Assembly: GCA_964586355.1 (NCBI GenBank)
Contig: CAZPGO010000008.1
Location: 1 to 25,444 of the forward strand
Length of the DNA: 25,444 nt
Source of the DNA: an uncultured archaeon
GTDB lineage: Archaea; Iainarchaeota; Iainarchaeia; Iainarchaeales; CSSED10-239
Reading direction: 5' to 3'
The notes beneath the pieces were generated by a model that was not told where the DNA came from, ran no database searches, and worked only from the letters and a program-made list of their open reading frames with translations. Made by a program: the position numbers and the translations under genes. Below, piece by piece: positions 24,638 to 25,444 of the stretch (positions are counted from its first letter, which is position 1; each line of letters starts with the position of its first letter).

Positions 24638-24643
24638 TAATGA

Positions 24644-25444
24644 TCAATTAAAAACCTTTTTTGTAATGTTATAAAAACCAGAGATCTCTTCTTCTGTTAA
24701 AACCCGATCATAGATCTTTACTGTTGGTATTAGACCATTGAAATAATAACTACCAGTCATTGGTGTGCGACCAATATTTAAATTATATAATGAATCATCT
24801 ATTGAATTTACCACCAGTCCAGAAACATCTAAAAAATCCTCAAAATAAATTCTACCAGATTCATTATTTCTAGTTGTTGCCAAATAACACCAATTCATAT
24901 TTATTGTAGTTAATGAAACTAATGCTCTTCTTTGCCCAGATCTATAAGTATCAAAATAAATTTTAAAATTGGAGCTATGCATCCCTATTGACCAGGCTTT
25001 ATTATCATGAGGCAAACCACCAAATAAATAACCTTTTGAAACTATTGCCTGAGATGTTGAATCAGAATTTGTTTTAAATATAACAACAACACTAAAAGGT
25101 TTTTCTCCAAATCTTAAAACCTCTGGATTTCCAAAATTAATATAACTATTTGTTCCATTAAAGCTTGCAGAAGTATAACCATTACCAAGATCTAAAAGAT
25201 CTACATTATATGGAGTAAATGATTTGCCAGTTGTTTCTTTTAGTTCTCCTTTTGAACTATCAAAGTCTAAAACTAATCCACATCTAAAAGAATCAACATC
25301 ATTAATAGACCTACTAAGAACTTGTGTTCTTACATAGGTGTTTTGATCTGTTATTAAATCTATGAAAAAAGATTCTTCTGGGTAACAATCTATTTGTAAG
25401 ACTTCTGCTTGCTTAGAGCCGATTATTAATGGCTCTTCTAAATA
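24644..25444 (-). CDS. LamG/concanavalin-A-like lectin domain protein, C-terminal part (5' end outside window)
   Basis: The track lists 24644-25015 from a TTG. I translated the same frame from 25016 to 25444 and found no stop and no other ATG/GTG/TTG, so the gene continues beyond the right edge. Laminin_G_3-type motifs: LDFDSSKGELKETTG...ASFNGTNSYINFGN...KPFSVVVIFKTNS...IVSKG...YYFNGLIPTVKIYDRVLTEEEI. Stop is TGA at 24644-24646. Confidence 0.8.
   Translation of the reverse strand, partial: YLEEPLIIGSKQAEVLQIDCYPEESFFIDLITDQNTYVRTQVLSRSINDVDSFRCGLVLDFDSSKGELKETTGKSFTPYNVDLLDLGNGYTSASFNGTNSYINFGNPEVLRFGEKPFSVVVIFKTNSDSTSQAIVSKGYLFGGLPHDNKAWSIGMHSSNFKIYFDTYRSGQRRALVSLTTINMNWCYLATTRNNESGRIYFEDFLDVSGLVVNSIDDSLYNLNIGRTPMTGSYYFNGLIPTVKIYDRVLTEEEISGFYNITKKVFN

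Noticed and set aside
24644-25015. Treating the 123-aa track ORF as a complete gene starting at 25015
   Set aside because: The M in the track is a TTG. The frame stays open to the window edge (checked codon by codon, 25016-25444) and the upstream translation continues the same LamG domain, so the ORF is a fragment of a longer gene.
1-25444. CRISPR arrays, tandem DNA repeats, IS elements, tRNA/rRNA genes, alternative genetic code
   Set aside because: I saw no regularly spaced direct repeats and no transposase or integrase motifs. Intergenic gaps are at most 181 nt and purely AT-rich, with no tRNA-like GC stems. The beta-sandwich repeats are diverged at the protein level and not repeated at the DNA level. 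ORFs of 7-8.5 kb stay open in the standard code and Trp is encoded by TGG, so there is no sign of stop-codon reassignment.

Overview
AT-rich (about 30% G+C by eye), almost gap-free coding window. About 21 of 25.4 kb is taken by three very large, co-directional minus-strand genes that are colinear paralogues. Giant 1 is 14521-23088 (2855 aa). Giant 2 is 5069-12469 (2466 aa). Giant 3 is 1-5054 (start codon at 5054, at least 1684 aa, continues past the left edge); it is absent from the ORF track only because its stop lies outside the window. Each giant starts with a short N-terminal motif and one hydrophobic helix. A ~540-aa array of carboxypeptidase-regulatory/CARDB-like beta-sandwich repeats follows, then a shared IEFLG...IRTG module at residue ~606-618. 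A 605-aa protein with a type IV prepilin-like (class III) N-terminus sits between giants 1 and 2. Giant 1 alone ends in a compositionally distinct ~790-aa module: a CX3CX2C/Gly-rich hydrophobic segment, a coiled coil, a second hydrophobic helix and an NlpC/P60-type Cys-His-His hydrolase. Flanking genes are lemA upstream of giant 1, a stand-alone class I-beta DAHP synthase on the plus strand, and the 3' part of a LamG/concanavalin-type lectin-domain gene that runs off the right edge. I saw no rRNA, tRNA, CRISPR, transposase or integrase. My best guess for the source is an uncultivated AT-rich archaeon (DPANN-like); a CPR bacterium is not excluded. The guess rests on TATA-like boxes ~25 nt before some ATGs, oligo-T after stops, the unadorned 245-aa DAHP synthase, the E5-less pilin-like signal and the giant-protein N-terminal motif. 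Main hypothesis: the block downstream of lemA is a surface attachment/penetration apparatus, with giant adhesins possibly handled through a pilin-type signal and one of them carrying a lytic warhead. All functional calls come from motif recognition by eye, not from database searches.
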